From Pseudolabrys sp. (GTDB lineage Bacteria > Pseudomonadota > Alphaproteobacteria > Rhizobiales > Xanthobacteraceae): 49,580 nt of DNA. The first letter of the stretch is position 1; the number at the start of each line of letters is the position of its first letter. Position numbers and translations under genes: made by a program. The notes below the pieces were generated by a model. The model searched no databases and was not told the origin of the DNA. It saw only the letters and a list, made by a program, of their open reading frames with translations. This document shows, piece after piece, positions 1 through 9,072 of this stretch. The DNA lies in NCBI GenBank assembly GCA_035310865.1, contig DATGDN010000037.1, positions 1-49,580 of the forward strand, read 5' to 3'.

Positions 1-25
1 GTGGGGTCTGCGCCAGCGTAGATTG

Positions 26-1783
26 TTATTGCAGTAGCCCCACTTCCAAGGCCTCGATCTGCAGCGCCAGGTACCGCGAAAAAATCCGGCACTGCGCGAG
101 ACTACCCGCAGTGAACCAGAGTCCGGGCTGCGCGGTGCGCCGCCACATGTTGCGAAGCTCGCCGCCCTCATCAAAACCCCAGACAGGGCCACCGCGATCG
201 GCGATGGCGTCGCCGAGATAAAGGCGCACTGTTTCCTGCTGATTCTTGTAACCGGTCGCGAGCACCAGCAACTCGGCAGGCACGATACGACCGTCGCGCA
301 GCCGCGCACCCTCCGGCACGAAGGTCTCGATATCCGCGTATTGAAGGAGGCCGATATCGCCGGAAATGATCAAATCCGAGCAGCCGACGTTGAAATAGTA
401 TCCGCCGCCGCGGCGCAGATACATCATCTGGAAACCGGTTTCGTCCTCGCCACACCACGTCTTGAAGCCGCGTTGCTCGAGCGCTGTGATCAGCTTCCGA
501 TCCACCATCCGGCCTTTCGCGGTGGAAAGCTGATAGGAGCGTTGCAGGACCGGATAAGGAAACGATGTGGCCAGCATGTCGCAGTCATCGAACGGGATTC
601 CTTCCGAGTAGATTGCGTAGACGCTCTGCGCCTCCTTCAGGCTCACAACGTAGGTTTTGCTGCGTTGGATCATGGTCACGTGCGCACCGTGCGCATGCAG
701 CTCCTGCGCGACGTCATGGCCGCTGGTGCCGCTTCCAAGGACCAACGCGTTACGCCCTTTCCATTGTTCGGCGTTCTTGAAATCGCCGGAATGCACCTTG
801 GTGCCGGCAAAAGCATCGAGGCCCGGCAAGTCGGGAGTGTAGGGGATGCTGCTCACGCCTGTTGCGAATATAAGGTGACGCGGCCGCATGATGCGTTCCG
901 TTCCATCGCTCCGGCGCAGCGTCACACGCCATTCGCCGCGCTTTTTGTCATAAGCTCCTGCGGCGAGCTCGGTGCTGGTCCAGAAATTGAGCTCCATTGC
1001 CTCGACATAGAATTCAAACCAGTTGGCCAGCTTGTCCTTCGGTATGTAGACCGGAAACGTCGGCGGAAACGGCAAATAGGGCAGGTGATTGACGTGGACT
1101 TCATTGTGCAGTGTCAGGGAATGGTAGCGCTTGCGCCAGTTGTCGCCGATGCGTGCATGGCGGTCGATGATCAGGGTGTCGACACCGAGTTGATGGAGGC
1201 GGGCCGCAATGGACAGTCCGGCCTGACCGCCGCCGACCACGATAACGGCAGGGTCGCTGTTGGCGAAGGCACGCTGATTCTTCAAACGGTCGCCCCAGTT
1301 TTCCGCACCGAAATCGCGCGTGGAGTCGGGCTCACCGCGGCGCTTGAATTCCTCCTCGTAACCTCTGAGCTCCTGCAAATTCGTGTTCAGGGTCCAGGCG
1401 CGCAGCTGGCCAGTGCTTTCGGACTTCAGCCGCAGCACGCCCGCGCAGGGCCCCACGGCAGTTTCGAATTCGAATATTGCCTCGATATTCTCGCTGCCCG
1501 CGCGCGAAACCCAGCGTGGCGGTGTGCGTCTCGCCGGAATATGAAAATTCTTCGGCTGGGTGCGCGAAAGCGTCTCGCGCAAAGCCGCCTCGATTGCCGG
1601 CCGGCCGGCGAAGGTCTCGATGGCCCATGTGAACGCGAGAACGTCACGCCAAAGCCCGTCGGCGAGAAACAGGTCAGCTGCCTTGGCGGCGTCCTGTGCC
1701 GACAACGCAGCCTCGAAGGCCTCAAGCCAATGTTGTGCATCCGCCGCGGCGGTTGCCTGCTTCCTGTCGGCAATATTCATCAT
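26..1783 (-). CDS. Flavin-containing monooxygenase (type II FMO-like) with ~160-aa N-terminal extension
   Basis: GGGQAG FAD motif, FxGxxxHxxxF fingerprint (FAGTKVHSGDF), GSGTSG NAD(P)H motif, ATGY; N-terminal SnoaL/NTF2-like segment (LWRDVLAFTW). Confidence 0.85.
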   Translation of the reverse strand: MMNIADRKQATAAADAQHWLEAFEAALSAQDAAKAADLFLADGLWRDVLAFTWAIETFAGRPAIEAALRETLSRTQPKNFHIPARRTPPRWVSRAGSENIEAIFEFETAVGPCAGVLRLKSESTGQLRAWTLNTNLQELRGYEEEFKRRGEPDSTRDFGAENWGDRLKNQRAFANSDPAVIVVGGGQAGLSIAARLHQLGVDTLIIDRHARIGDNWRKRYHSLTLHNEVHVNHLPYLPFPPTFPVYIPKDKLANWFEFYVEAMELNFWTSTELAAGAYDKKRGEWRVTLRRSDGTERIMRPRHLIFATGVSSIPYTPDLPGLDAFAGTKVHSGDFKNAEQWKGRNALVLGSGTSGHDVAQELHAHGAHVTMIQRSKTYVVSLKEAQSVYAIYSEGIPFDDCDMLATSFPYPVLQRSYQLSTAKGRMVDRKLITALEQRGFKTWCGEDETGFQMMYLRRGGGYYFNVGCSDLIISGDIGLLQYADIETFVPEGARLRDGRIVPAELLVLATGYKNQQETVRLYLGDAIADRGGPVWGFDEGGELRNMWRRTAQPGLWFTAGSLAQCRIFSRYLALQIEALEVGLLQ

Positions 1784-1788
1784 GGCAT

Positions 1789-4533
1789 CTAGGATTTACG
1801 CGTGGCCGCCAGCTTCGCTTTTAACATATAAAGCGCTTCCATCGCTTCACGGGGCGAAAGGTCGTCCGGATTGATGGCGGCAAGCGCCGCGGCAAGCAAA
1901 TCCTCGGCTGATTCAGGCCTTTTCTGCGACGGTCTGGAAGGCACTGCAAACAACGGCAGGTCCTCGAAGCCTTTTGATGCGGTGCGATCTTCCTGCTCGA
2001 GCTTGGCCAGCACCAGCTTGGCGCGCTCGATCACGCTTGCTGGCAGCCCGGCGAGCTTTGCCACTTGGATGCCGTAGGAGCGGTCGGCCGCGCCCGCGAC
2101 GACTTCGTGCAGGAATACGACGTCGCCCTGCCATTCTTTCACGCGTACGGTTGCATTGTGCAGCCGATCGAGCCTGCCGGCGAGCGCTGTCAATTCATGG
2201 AAATGGGTGGCGAACAGCGCGCGGCACTTGTTGACGTCGTGCAAGTGCTCGACGGTCGCCCAGGCGATCGACAATCCGTCGAAAGTGGCGGTGCCGCGGC
2301 CGATTTCATCCAGGATAACCAGTGCACGCTCGCCGGCCTGATTGAGGATGGCGGCGGTCTCCACCATCTCAACCATGAAGGTCGAGCGTCCGCGCGCGAG
2401 ATCGTCGGCAGCGCCGACACGTGAGAACAGTTGGTCGACGACGCCGATGTGCGCTCGCTTGGCGGGAACGAAACCGCCCATTTGCGCGAGAATTGCGATG
2501 AGCGCGTTCTGCCGCAGGAAAGTCGATTTGCCCGCCATGTTGGGACCAGTGAGAAGCCAGATGCGCCCTGCACCGGATTGTGCCAGCGGCGACAGGTCGC
2601 AATCGTTGGCGACGAATGGCGTTCCGTCGCGCGACAGCGCCTGTTCCACGACCACGTGACGGCCACCTTCAATGACAAACGCATGGCTGTCGTCGACCTG
2701 AGGACGTACGTAGTCGCGCTCGGCGGCGAGGTGCGCAAGCGCGCTTGCGACGTCGAGGGTAGCGAGCGCTTCGGCGCACTCTTTTATGTTGGCGCCTTGC
2801 TCCATCACGGCTGCAACCAGCCGATCGAAAATCTCCAACTCCAGGCCCAGGGTGCGCTCGGCGGCGCTGGCGATCTTGGCTTCGAGCTCGCCGAGCTCGG
2901 TGGTGGTGAAACGCACCTGGCCGGCGAGAGTCTGGCGGTGGATGAATGTCCCGTTGAGCGGTGCGGCCATCAGCCGATCGCCATGCTGCGCCGTCACCTC
3001 GACGAAATAGCCGAGCACATTGTTATGCTTGATCTTGAGGATTCGGATGCCAGTATCCTCGGCATAGCGCACTTGCAAGGCCGCGATGACGCGGCGCGAT
3101 TCATCGCGGAGCGCGCAGGTGTCGTCGAGCGTCTTGTCATAACCTTCGCGCACGAATCCGCCGTCGCGCTTGAAGGCCGGCAGCTCGGCCGCGAGTGCAG
3201 CGGCCAGTTCGGCGGCCAGCATGCCATCCGGTTTGCGGCAGGCCTGCATCGCTGTGGATAGTTCAGCCGGCTTGTCGTTGAGCGAAGCGAGTGCGCGGGC
3301 AAGATCGGCGGCAGCCAGCATGCCGTCGCGGATGGCGGCAAGATCGCGTGGCCCGCCGCGGCCGACGGCCAGCCGTGACAGGGCGCGGGCAAGATCAGGC
3401 GCGGACCGCAGGCGCGAGCGGGTCTCCGTGCGCGCTGACGCATCGCCAACGAAACTCGCGACCGAGTCGAGCCGGTCGGCGATCTGCGCCGGGTCGGTCA
3501 GCGGCGCCGACAGGCGTTGAGCGAGCAATCGCGAGCCGGCGGCGGTCACTGTGCGATCGATTGCATCGAGCAGCGAGCCGCGCCGCTCGCCGGACAGCGT
3601 GCGCATCAGCTCGAGATTGCCGCGGGTGGCCTGGTCGATCGCCATGCTTGCCCCGGCGCTCTCGCGCAAGGGAGGTGACAGCGGAGGACGGTGGCCAATC
3701 TGAGTGCGTTCGACATAGGTCACGCAGGCGGCGGCGGCCGTCAGCTCAAGCCGCGTGAGCGTGCCGAAGGCTTCGCTGGTGGAGACCGAAAAGAACGAGG
3801 CCAGCCGCCGCTCGGCCGTTGCACCATCGAAGACGTCGCGGGCAAGCGGCGTTACTGCGGGCAGCGTGCGCCAGAACGATGCCAGATCGGGTTCGCTGAA
3901 CAACGCGTCGGACACGATGATCTCGCCGGGCTCAAGCCGTGCGATTTCGGCGGAAAGTGCCGCCCGCTCGCATTCGGAAACGCGGAACTCGCCGGTCGAA
4001 ATATCGATCCAGGCAAGCGCGAAGCGTGATTCTTCGTCCGCTGACGACAGCCGCGCGCGCGCGACCGCAAGCAGAAAGTTGTTCCGCCTCGCGTCGAGCA
4101 GCGTGTCTTCGGTGAGCGTGCCGGGCGTGACCAGGCGTACGACGTCGCGCCGCACCACGCTTTTGGCACCGCGCTTGCGCGCTTCGGCCGGATCTTCGAG
4201 CTGCTCGCACACCGCGACCCGGTGCCCGAGCGCGATCAGGCGGTGGAGGTATTCATCGGAGCGCTCGATCGGTACGCCGCACATCGGAATGTCGGCGCCC
4301 AGGTGTTTTCCGCGTTTGGTGAGCACGATGCCGAGCGCGCACGAGGCGATTTCGGCGTCCGCGAAAAACAACTCGTAGAAATCGCCCATCCGGTAGAACA
4401 GCAGGCAATCCGGGTGGGTGGCCTTGATTTCCTGGTACTGTTCCATCATCGGCGTGACGCGGCCGTCGCCAGGGGACGGCGAACTGCCGGCTACGTCAGG
4501 CTCGGATTGTCCGATGGGTTGCGTGAGCGCCAT
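1789..4533 (-). CDS. mutS: DNA mismatch repair protein MutS
   Basis: [15 protein letters not shown] mismatch-binding motif, GPNMAGKST Walker [26 protein letters not shown]. Confidence 0.98.
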   Translation of the reverse strand: MALTQPIGQSEPDVAGSSPSPGDGRVTPMMEQYQEIKATHPDCLLFYRMGDFYELFFADAEIASCALGIVLTKRGKHLGADIPMCGVPIERSDEYLHRLIALGHRVAVCEQLEDPAEARKRGAKSVVRRDVVRLVTPGTLTEDTLLDARRNNFLLAVARARLSSADEESRFALAWIDISTGEFRVSECERAALSAEIARLEPGEIIVSDALFSEPDLASFWRTLPAVTPLARDVFDGATAERRLASFFSVSTSEAFGTLTRLELTAAAACVTYVERTQIGHRPPLSPPLRESAGASMAIDQATRGNLELMRTLSGERRGSLLDAIDRTVTAAGSRLLAQRLSAPLTDPAQIADRLDSVASFVGDASARTETRSRLRSAPDLARALSRLAVGRGGPRDLAAIRDGMLAAADLARALASLNDKPAELSTAMQACRKPDGMLAAELAAALAAELPAFKRDGGFVREGYDKTLDDTCALRDESRRVIAALQVRYAEDTGIRILKIKHNNVLGYFVEVTAQHGDRLMAAPLNGTFIHRQTLAGQVRFTTTELGELEAKIASAAERTLGLELEIFDRLVAAVMEQGANIKECAEALATLDVASALAHLAAERDYVRPQVDDSHAFVIEGGRHVVVEQALSRDGTPFVANDCDLSPLAQSGAGRIWLLTGPNMAGKSTFLRQNALIAILAQMGGFVPAKRAHIGVVDQLFSRVGAADDLARGRSTFMVEMVETAAILNQAGERALVILDEIGRGTATFDGLSIAWATVEHLHDVNKCRALFATHFHELTALAGRLDRLHNATVRVKEWQGDVVFLHEVVAGAADRSYGIQVAKLAGLPASVIERAKLVLAKLEQEDRTASKGFEDLPLFAVPSRPSQKRPESAEDLLAAALAAINPDDLSPREAMEALYMLKAKLAATRKS

Positions 4534-4582
4534 GGGCGCCGAGGTTAGCAGATGGCTGTCGCGCTTTGGGCCGACAGCGGTG

Positions 4583-4660
4583 CGTCGTGCCCGGGTTTAT
4601 GCCGGGCATCCACGACTTTCTTTTCATAAAGGTGGCCGGGGGGTGAGCCCGGCCATGACG
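4583..4660. repeat. REP-like double-hairpin intergenic repeat (CGTC...GACG-ended, Rhizobiales type)
   Basis: CGTCGTGCCCGGGTTTATGCCGGGCATCCAC...GGTGGCCGGGGGGTGAGCCCGGCCATGACG: two internal hairpins with complementary termini, between amidohydrolase stop and mutS start. Confidence 0.75.
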
Positions 4661-4665
4661 AGCGC

Positions 4666-5682
4666 TTAGCTTTTGAACTTCACGCCCGTGATGCGCTCCA
4701 GATTGCCGTGCCACACCTTTTCCTTGTCGGCTGCCGGCATGTCGATGCCTTCGATGATGCGCAACGTTTCGCGCGTGTACATCGTGCCTTTTTCGGGGTC
4801 GAACGGGCAGTCGGAGGCAAACACGATCTTGTCGAGGTCGTAGAACGCAAAGCCTGCGTGAGTTGCGGGCACGCCGCCGAACACCGCGGTGTCGGCATAA
4901 AACGAGTGCTTGAAATAATCGAGCGGACGTTTTTTCAGCTTCTTGAGGATCACGCTGAGATCCTCATCGGATGTGCGCGCGCCGAGTTGATCCCAGCCCG
5001 GTCCGATGCGGCCTTCCAGCATGGGGACGATGCCGCCGAAATGGTGCGTGATGATTTTAAGATTCGGATACTTGTCCATGATGCCGGAGAAGACCAGGCG
5101 CGCCATTGCTGCCGCAGTTTCGTAGGACCAGCCGAAGGTCCACCAGATCTCGTATTTCGACTTCTTCTCCGAGAGATAATCCGGGAAATTGGCAGCGCGC
5201 GCCGGATGCATCCAGACCGGCTTGCCGGACTTGTTCATCGCTTCGAAGAACGGCTCGAAGGCCGGATCGTCGAGCGGCTTGCCTGCAATGTTCGTATAAA
5301 TCTGCACGCCAAGCGCGCCGTTCTTGAGCGCGCGTTCAGCTTCACTGACCCCGGCATCGGGCGCGATCAGGGCCGCCTGCGCGACCCAGCCGGGAAACTG
5401 ATCGAAATATTTCTGGCAGATCTCGGCGAAGCCGTCATTCACCAGCTTGGTGTATTCTTCCGTCAGTTTGCCGTCGCCCTTCGTCATCACTTCCAGCGGC
5501 GGCATCGGATAAGAGAGGATCTGCGCGTAGTCCTTGAACCCGTCCACGATCTTGCGCCGAATATCGAGATCATGGATGCACGGGATTTCGCGCACGCGCT
5601 TACCGATGTCGGCATGGCCACTTTCCACGATCTTTTTGAAGTATTTTTCCGGAATGAAATGGGTATAGGCATCGATGCGCAT
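4666..5682 (-). CDS. Amidohydrolase_2 family protein (ACMSD/LigW-like decarboxylase or hydrolase)
   Basis: IDAYTH N-terminus, WMHP, ITHHFGG, FASDCPFD. Confidence 0.8.
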   Translation of the reverse strand: MRIDAYTHFIPEKYFKKIVESGHADIGKRVREIPCIHDLDIRRKIVDGFKDYAQILSYPMPPLEVMTKGDGKLTEEYTKLVNDGFAEICQKYFDQFPGWVAQAALIAPDAGVSEAERALKNGALGVQIYTNIAGKPLDDPAFEPFFEAMNKSGKPVWMHPARAANFPDYLSEKKSKYEIWWTFGWSYETAAAMARLVFSGIMDKYPNLKIITHHFGGIVPMLEGRIGPGWDQLGARTSDEDLSVILKKLKKRPLDYFKHSFYADTAVFGGVPATHAGFAFYDLDKIVFASDCPFDPEKGTMYTRETLRIIEGIDMPAADKEKVWHGNLERITGVKFKS

Positions 5683-5722
5683 GTACTCGTCTCCGTGACT
5701 TGTTCTCGTGCAGTGAATCCGT

Positions 5723-7426
5723 TCAATAGGGCGTAATGACGTTCAGCATTGCCTGCCGCTTTTCGTTGACGACGACCGCGCGCGCGCGCGCCAAGGCATC
5801 GGGCAGGTCGGCGGGCTTTTCCACGCGCTCGGCATGCGCACCTTGCGCGCGGGCCATGTCCTCGAACGGCGGCGACGGGTCGAGATCGGCGAGCGTGCGG
5901 CCATCGTTTTCGCCGGCGACACCGTCCTTGAACATCGAGAGCGTGGCGCGGCGCACGGCGCCGTAGCGGCTGTTGTTGAATACTACTGTCAAGATGGGAA
6001 GATTCTGCACGGCCGACACCCAGTGGCCGACCATCGGGTTCGCGAACATGTAGGCGCCGTCGCCGAGTGTCGCGACCACGAAATTATCGGGCGCGGCGAG
6101 TTTGGCGCCGAGCGCTGCGCCCAGCCCCCATCCTAGTCCGCCTGCCGGTCCGAGCGCGAAGAACGTGCCCGGTTTTTCACGCGCACAATGATCCGGCCGC
6201 AATGGATATTCGTTGACGATGATTGCGTCCCTGCCGACCGTCTCTCCGATGACGCGCGACAGATATTCCGGTGAAATCGTCGCGCCCGCGGCCGAATCCT
6301 TCGCCAGTTGCGCGCGCCGCGTGCGCATGCGCTCGGTCAACCGTGCGCGCCGCGCGGCGATGCGTGCATCCGCCATCTGCAGGCGCGGCTCGACCGCGCG
6401 CGAGAGCGCATCAAGCGCCTGCGCGGGGCCGGCCTGCAAAGCGAGATCGCTCGGGAAGCTCCGCATGGGATAGCGCACATAAAAAGGATCCTCGCCGACG
6501 TGCGCGACGCGGCAGCCGCCGGGAGGATGCTGCAAATGTGGGATCCATGGCACGTCGGATTCAAGCACGATGACGAGGTCGGCATCGGCGAGCAGCGCGC
6601 CCGGCTCGAACCCGAAATGCATGGAATGGCTCGAGGGCAGGCACACCGAGCGCGGATTGTGCGTGACGACGGGAATAGCGCAGCGCTCGGCCAGGCGCTC
6701 AAGTTGGGGAATGGCTTCGGCGGGCAAAGTTGCGGTCACGATCAGCGGCCGCTCCGCTGCGGCGACCCATTCGGCCAGCGTTGCGATCGTGCGGGGATCT
6801 GGATGCGCGGGCGCGGCCTGCGGCCGCGGCTTCGCAGGCCCGACCGGCTCGGGGATTGGGGCCGAGAGCGGTTCGCGCGGCAGGACCAGATAGATCGGCC
6901 CGCGCGGATGCGCCATCGCGACTTCAACGCCGCGCGCGACGACATCTCCGACCTGGCCGGGCACGCGCAATTCGTAGTCCCACTTCACAAGCTCGCGCAC
7001 CATGCCGGCCTGATCGAACATCTCCTGCGCCCAGTGGATCGGACGCGTGCGCGAGCCAAATGTGCCTTTCTCGGTGATCGGCGTGCGGCCGGCAGCCAAT
7101 ATGAGCGGGACGCGGTCGCGCGACAGGTTCGTCAGGTTGTTGATCGTGTTGGCGGTGCCGACGTTGACGTGCACCATGACCGCCTGCGGGCGGCCCGTCA
7201 TCATATAGGCGCCGTGCGCCATGCCGACCGCCAGATTCTCGTGTGGTACCAGAATTGGTCTTGGGACCTTGGCATTGGTCTTTTTGGCGCGGCTGAATGC
7301 TTCCACGATCGGTGGAAAGTCAGTGCCCGGATTGACGAAAAAATAGTCGGTGCCGTGATCGGCAAGCGCACGCAGGAAAGCTTCGGCGGCGATCGTTGGC
7401 CGTTGTCCCGTCGGTGTCGCGGCCAT
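5723..7426 (-). CDS. Thiamine pyrophosphate-dependent enzyme (acetolactate synthase/benzoylformate decarboxylase superfamily)
   Basis: NPGTD, catalytic Glu in PHENLAVGMA, GDGAY...NN TPP motif; start trimmed to ATG at 7426 (MAATPTG). Confidence 0.85.
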   Translation of the reverse strand: MAATPTGQRPTIAAEAFLRALADHGTDYFFVNPGTDFPPIVEAFSRAKKTNAKVPRPILVPHENLAVGMAHGAYMMTGRPQAVMVHVNVGTANTINNLTNLSRDRVPLILAAGRTPITEKGTFGSRTRPIHWAQEMFDQAGMVRELVKWDYELRVPGQVGDVVARGVEVAMAHPRGPIYLVLPREPLSAPIPEPVGPAKPRPQAAPAHPDPRTIATLAEWVAAAERPLIVTATLPAEAIPQLERLAERCAIPVVTHNPRSVCLPSSHSMHFGFEPGALLADADLVIVLESDVPWIPHLQHPPGGCRVAHVGEDPFYVRYPMRSFPSDLALQAGPAQALDALSRAVEPRLQMADARIAARRARLTERMRTRRAQLAKDSAAGATISPEYLSRVIGETVGRDAIIVNEYPLRPDHCAREKPGTFFALGPAGGLGWGLGAALGAKLAAPDNFVVATLGDGAYMFANPMVGHWVSAVQNLPILTVVFNNSRYGAVRRATLSMFKDGVAGENDGRTLADLDPSPPFEDMARAQGAHAERVEKPADLPDALARARAVVVNEKRQAMLNVITPY

Positions 7427-7539
7427 TCGCTTCGCCCCTCGATGGTCCGGTTCCCGCGGACGCGTTCGTTTTGTGGGCCCGGTTTTACTCGACCGAGGAA
7501 TAGCTGACAACGGAGGCGCGCGCGCGTCAGCCCTGCGCT

Positions 7540-9072
7540 TTATTCTGCTGCAATGCGCAAGGCTGGCTGGCCATCGATCTCGGCGAGGCACTTGGTGAGA
7601 CTCTCGCCCTCCGGATCAAGCAAGGCTGCAGTGCGCGCACTGGCAACAGCATCGGCCGCGCGCGCCAACGGGATCTGTCCCGCCAGCGCCGGCCGGATCA
7701 CGCGCATCTCAATGGCGTGATAGTTCGACACCCCGCGTGTGTGCGTGTCGCCATAACCCTTGATCAGCCGCGCGCATTCGGCAACTTCGAGAGCAAGCTC
7801 GCGCGAATGTTTTGCCGCTTCCCTGACCAAGTGCAGCCAGCTCTCGATCTGCTGCTGCTCCTGTTTATAGCGATAGCCGTACGGCCGCAGGACTCTAAGT
7901 TTGGCGAGCAACCAAAAACGCAGGTAGCCGGTGATCGAGGTGGAATTGATCTCCATTCCGATATACACCCGGCCAAGCCAGCCTTTGCGTTCGGCGAGTC
8001 GGAGGATCGGCCGCGCGAGAAATGGCGGCAGCAGCTGACAAAGCTCCTCGATGCCGGGCTTGAGAAAATCGTGCACCGAATAGGGTTCGCCATTTGCGCG
8101 CAATTCCTCGCGCGCGATGCGTTGCATGCGAGCGGGGGCGATCTTGGCCTGCGCCACCCGGACCACATCCTCATAGGACATGCGAACCGCAAGATGGCGG
8201 GCGACCTCCTTCAGCAGCTTACCTTGCGCGCCGATGGTCTGATCGTCCGCGATGATCGGTCTCAGGCGATCAAGATATAGCCGCCCATAAGCGACACTCT
8301 GGTAGTTGATGAGACGCCGCACGCCTTCGAGCCCGGTCGACTGTGCAACGGCGGGAAATGTGCGGGCAACCTCATGCTCGACAAGCGCGGGTGTTGCGGC
8401 GGCATTCTTCTTCTTTTCGGCAAGTTTCGCGGCCTGCAGGTTCGCGCGAGCGGCATCGTAGCCGGCGCGGAATCCCTTCAGATTGCTGTCGACCGCTTTG
8501 CCGTCTTCGCGAACAGCCGCCTCGAATTGCTCAAGCGTCAGTGGCAGGCGTCCGCAGCCAGCGATGGCGCCGAGCATGACCGCATTGACGATCGAGCCGC
8601 TCTGCTTTGCGAGCGCGTCCATGTCGACAAGAAGCGCATCCTTCGCGTGCTCTTTGATCACCTTGATGAGCTTGTCCTGATCGAAGCGGCCGTCACCCAT
8701 CGCGATCTTTTCGTCCATCGCATAGAAGCGGCTGAGCGAGCTGATGACATGCGTGCGGTCCGGCGTGACAAAACCGTTAGCCACCGTGCGGCCGGCTTCC
8801 AGCAATTCGCTTGCCACCGCGATATCAATGTCGCCGACGCCCGGCGTCAGCGCGAGAACAGGGTGCTTGCCTTTAAGGTCCGCGGTTTTTATCGGCAGGA
8901 TCTCGACATAATACGTTGTGGCGCCGGTTCGCTGAGCAACGCCGGGTATCGAGGTGCTTTGCACCGGAAAGCCGGCCTGCGCCGCCGCTGACACAATCCA
9001 TTGCGTGAGCACGCCGCCCCCCTCGCCGCCGAGCGCAGCGATCAGCATCGTTATCGGCCGCGTCGAGTTCAT
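7540..9072 (-). CDS. iorB: Indolepyruvate/aryl-2-oxoacid:ferredoxin oxidoreductase beta subunit family, with long C-terminal extension
   Basis: ALGGEGGGVL, GVAQRTG, NAVMLGA; overlaps iorA stop by 4 nt. Confidence 0.85.
   Translation of the reverse strand: MNSTRPITMLIAALGGEGGGVLTQWIVSAAAQAGFPVQSTSIPGVAQRTGATTYYVEILPIKTADLKGKHPVLALTPGVGDIDIAVASELLEAGRTVANGFVTPDRTHVISSLSRFYAMDEKIAMGDGRFDQDKLIKVIKEHAKDALLVDMDALAKQSGSIVNAVMLGAIAGCGRLPLTLEQFEAAVREDGKAVDSNLKGFRAGYDAARANLQAAKLAEKKKNAAATPALVEHEVARTFPAVAQSTGLEGVRRLINYQSVAYGRLYLDRLRPIIADDQTIGAQGKLLKEVARHLAVRMSYEDVVRVAQAKIAPARMQRIAREELRANGEPYSVHDFLKPGIEELCQLLPPFLARPILRLAERKGWLGRVYIGMEINSTSITGYLRFWLLAKLRVLRPYGYRYKQEQQQIESWLHLVREAAKHSRELALEVAECARLIKGYGDTHTRGVSNYHAIEMRVIRPALAGQIPLARAADAVASARTAALLDPEGESLTKCLAEIDGQPALRIAAE

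Noticed and set aside
341-1792. Long antisense ORFs (e.g. 341-1792 +, 4708-5736 +, 11427-12623 +, 24081-25220 -, 30963-32021 -)
   Set aside because: Shadows of real high-GC genes on the opposite strand; no recognisable motifs
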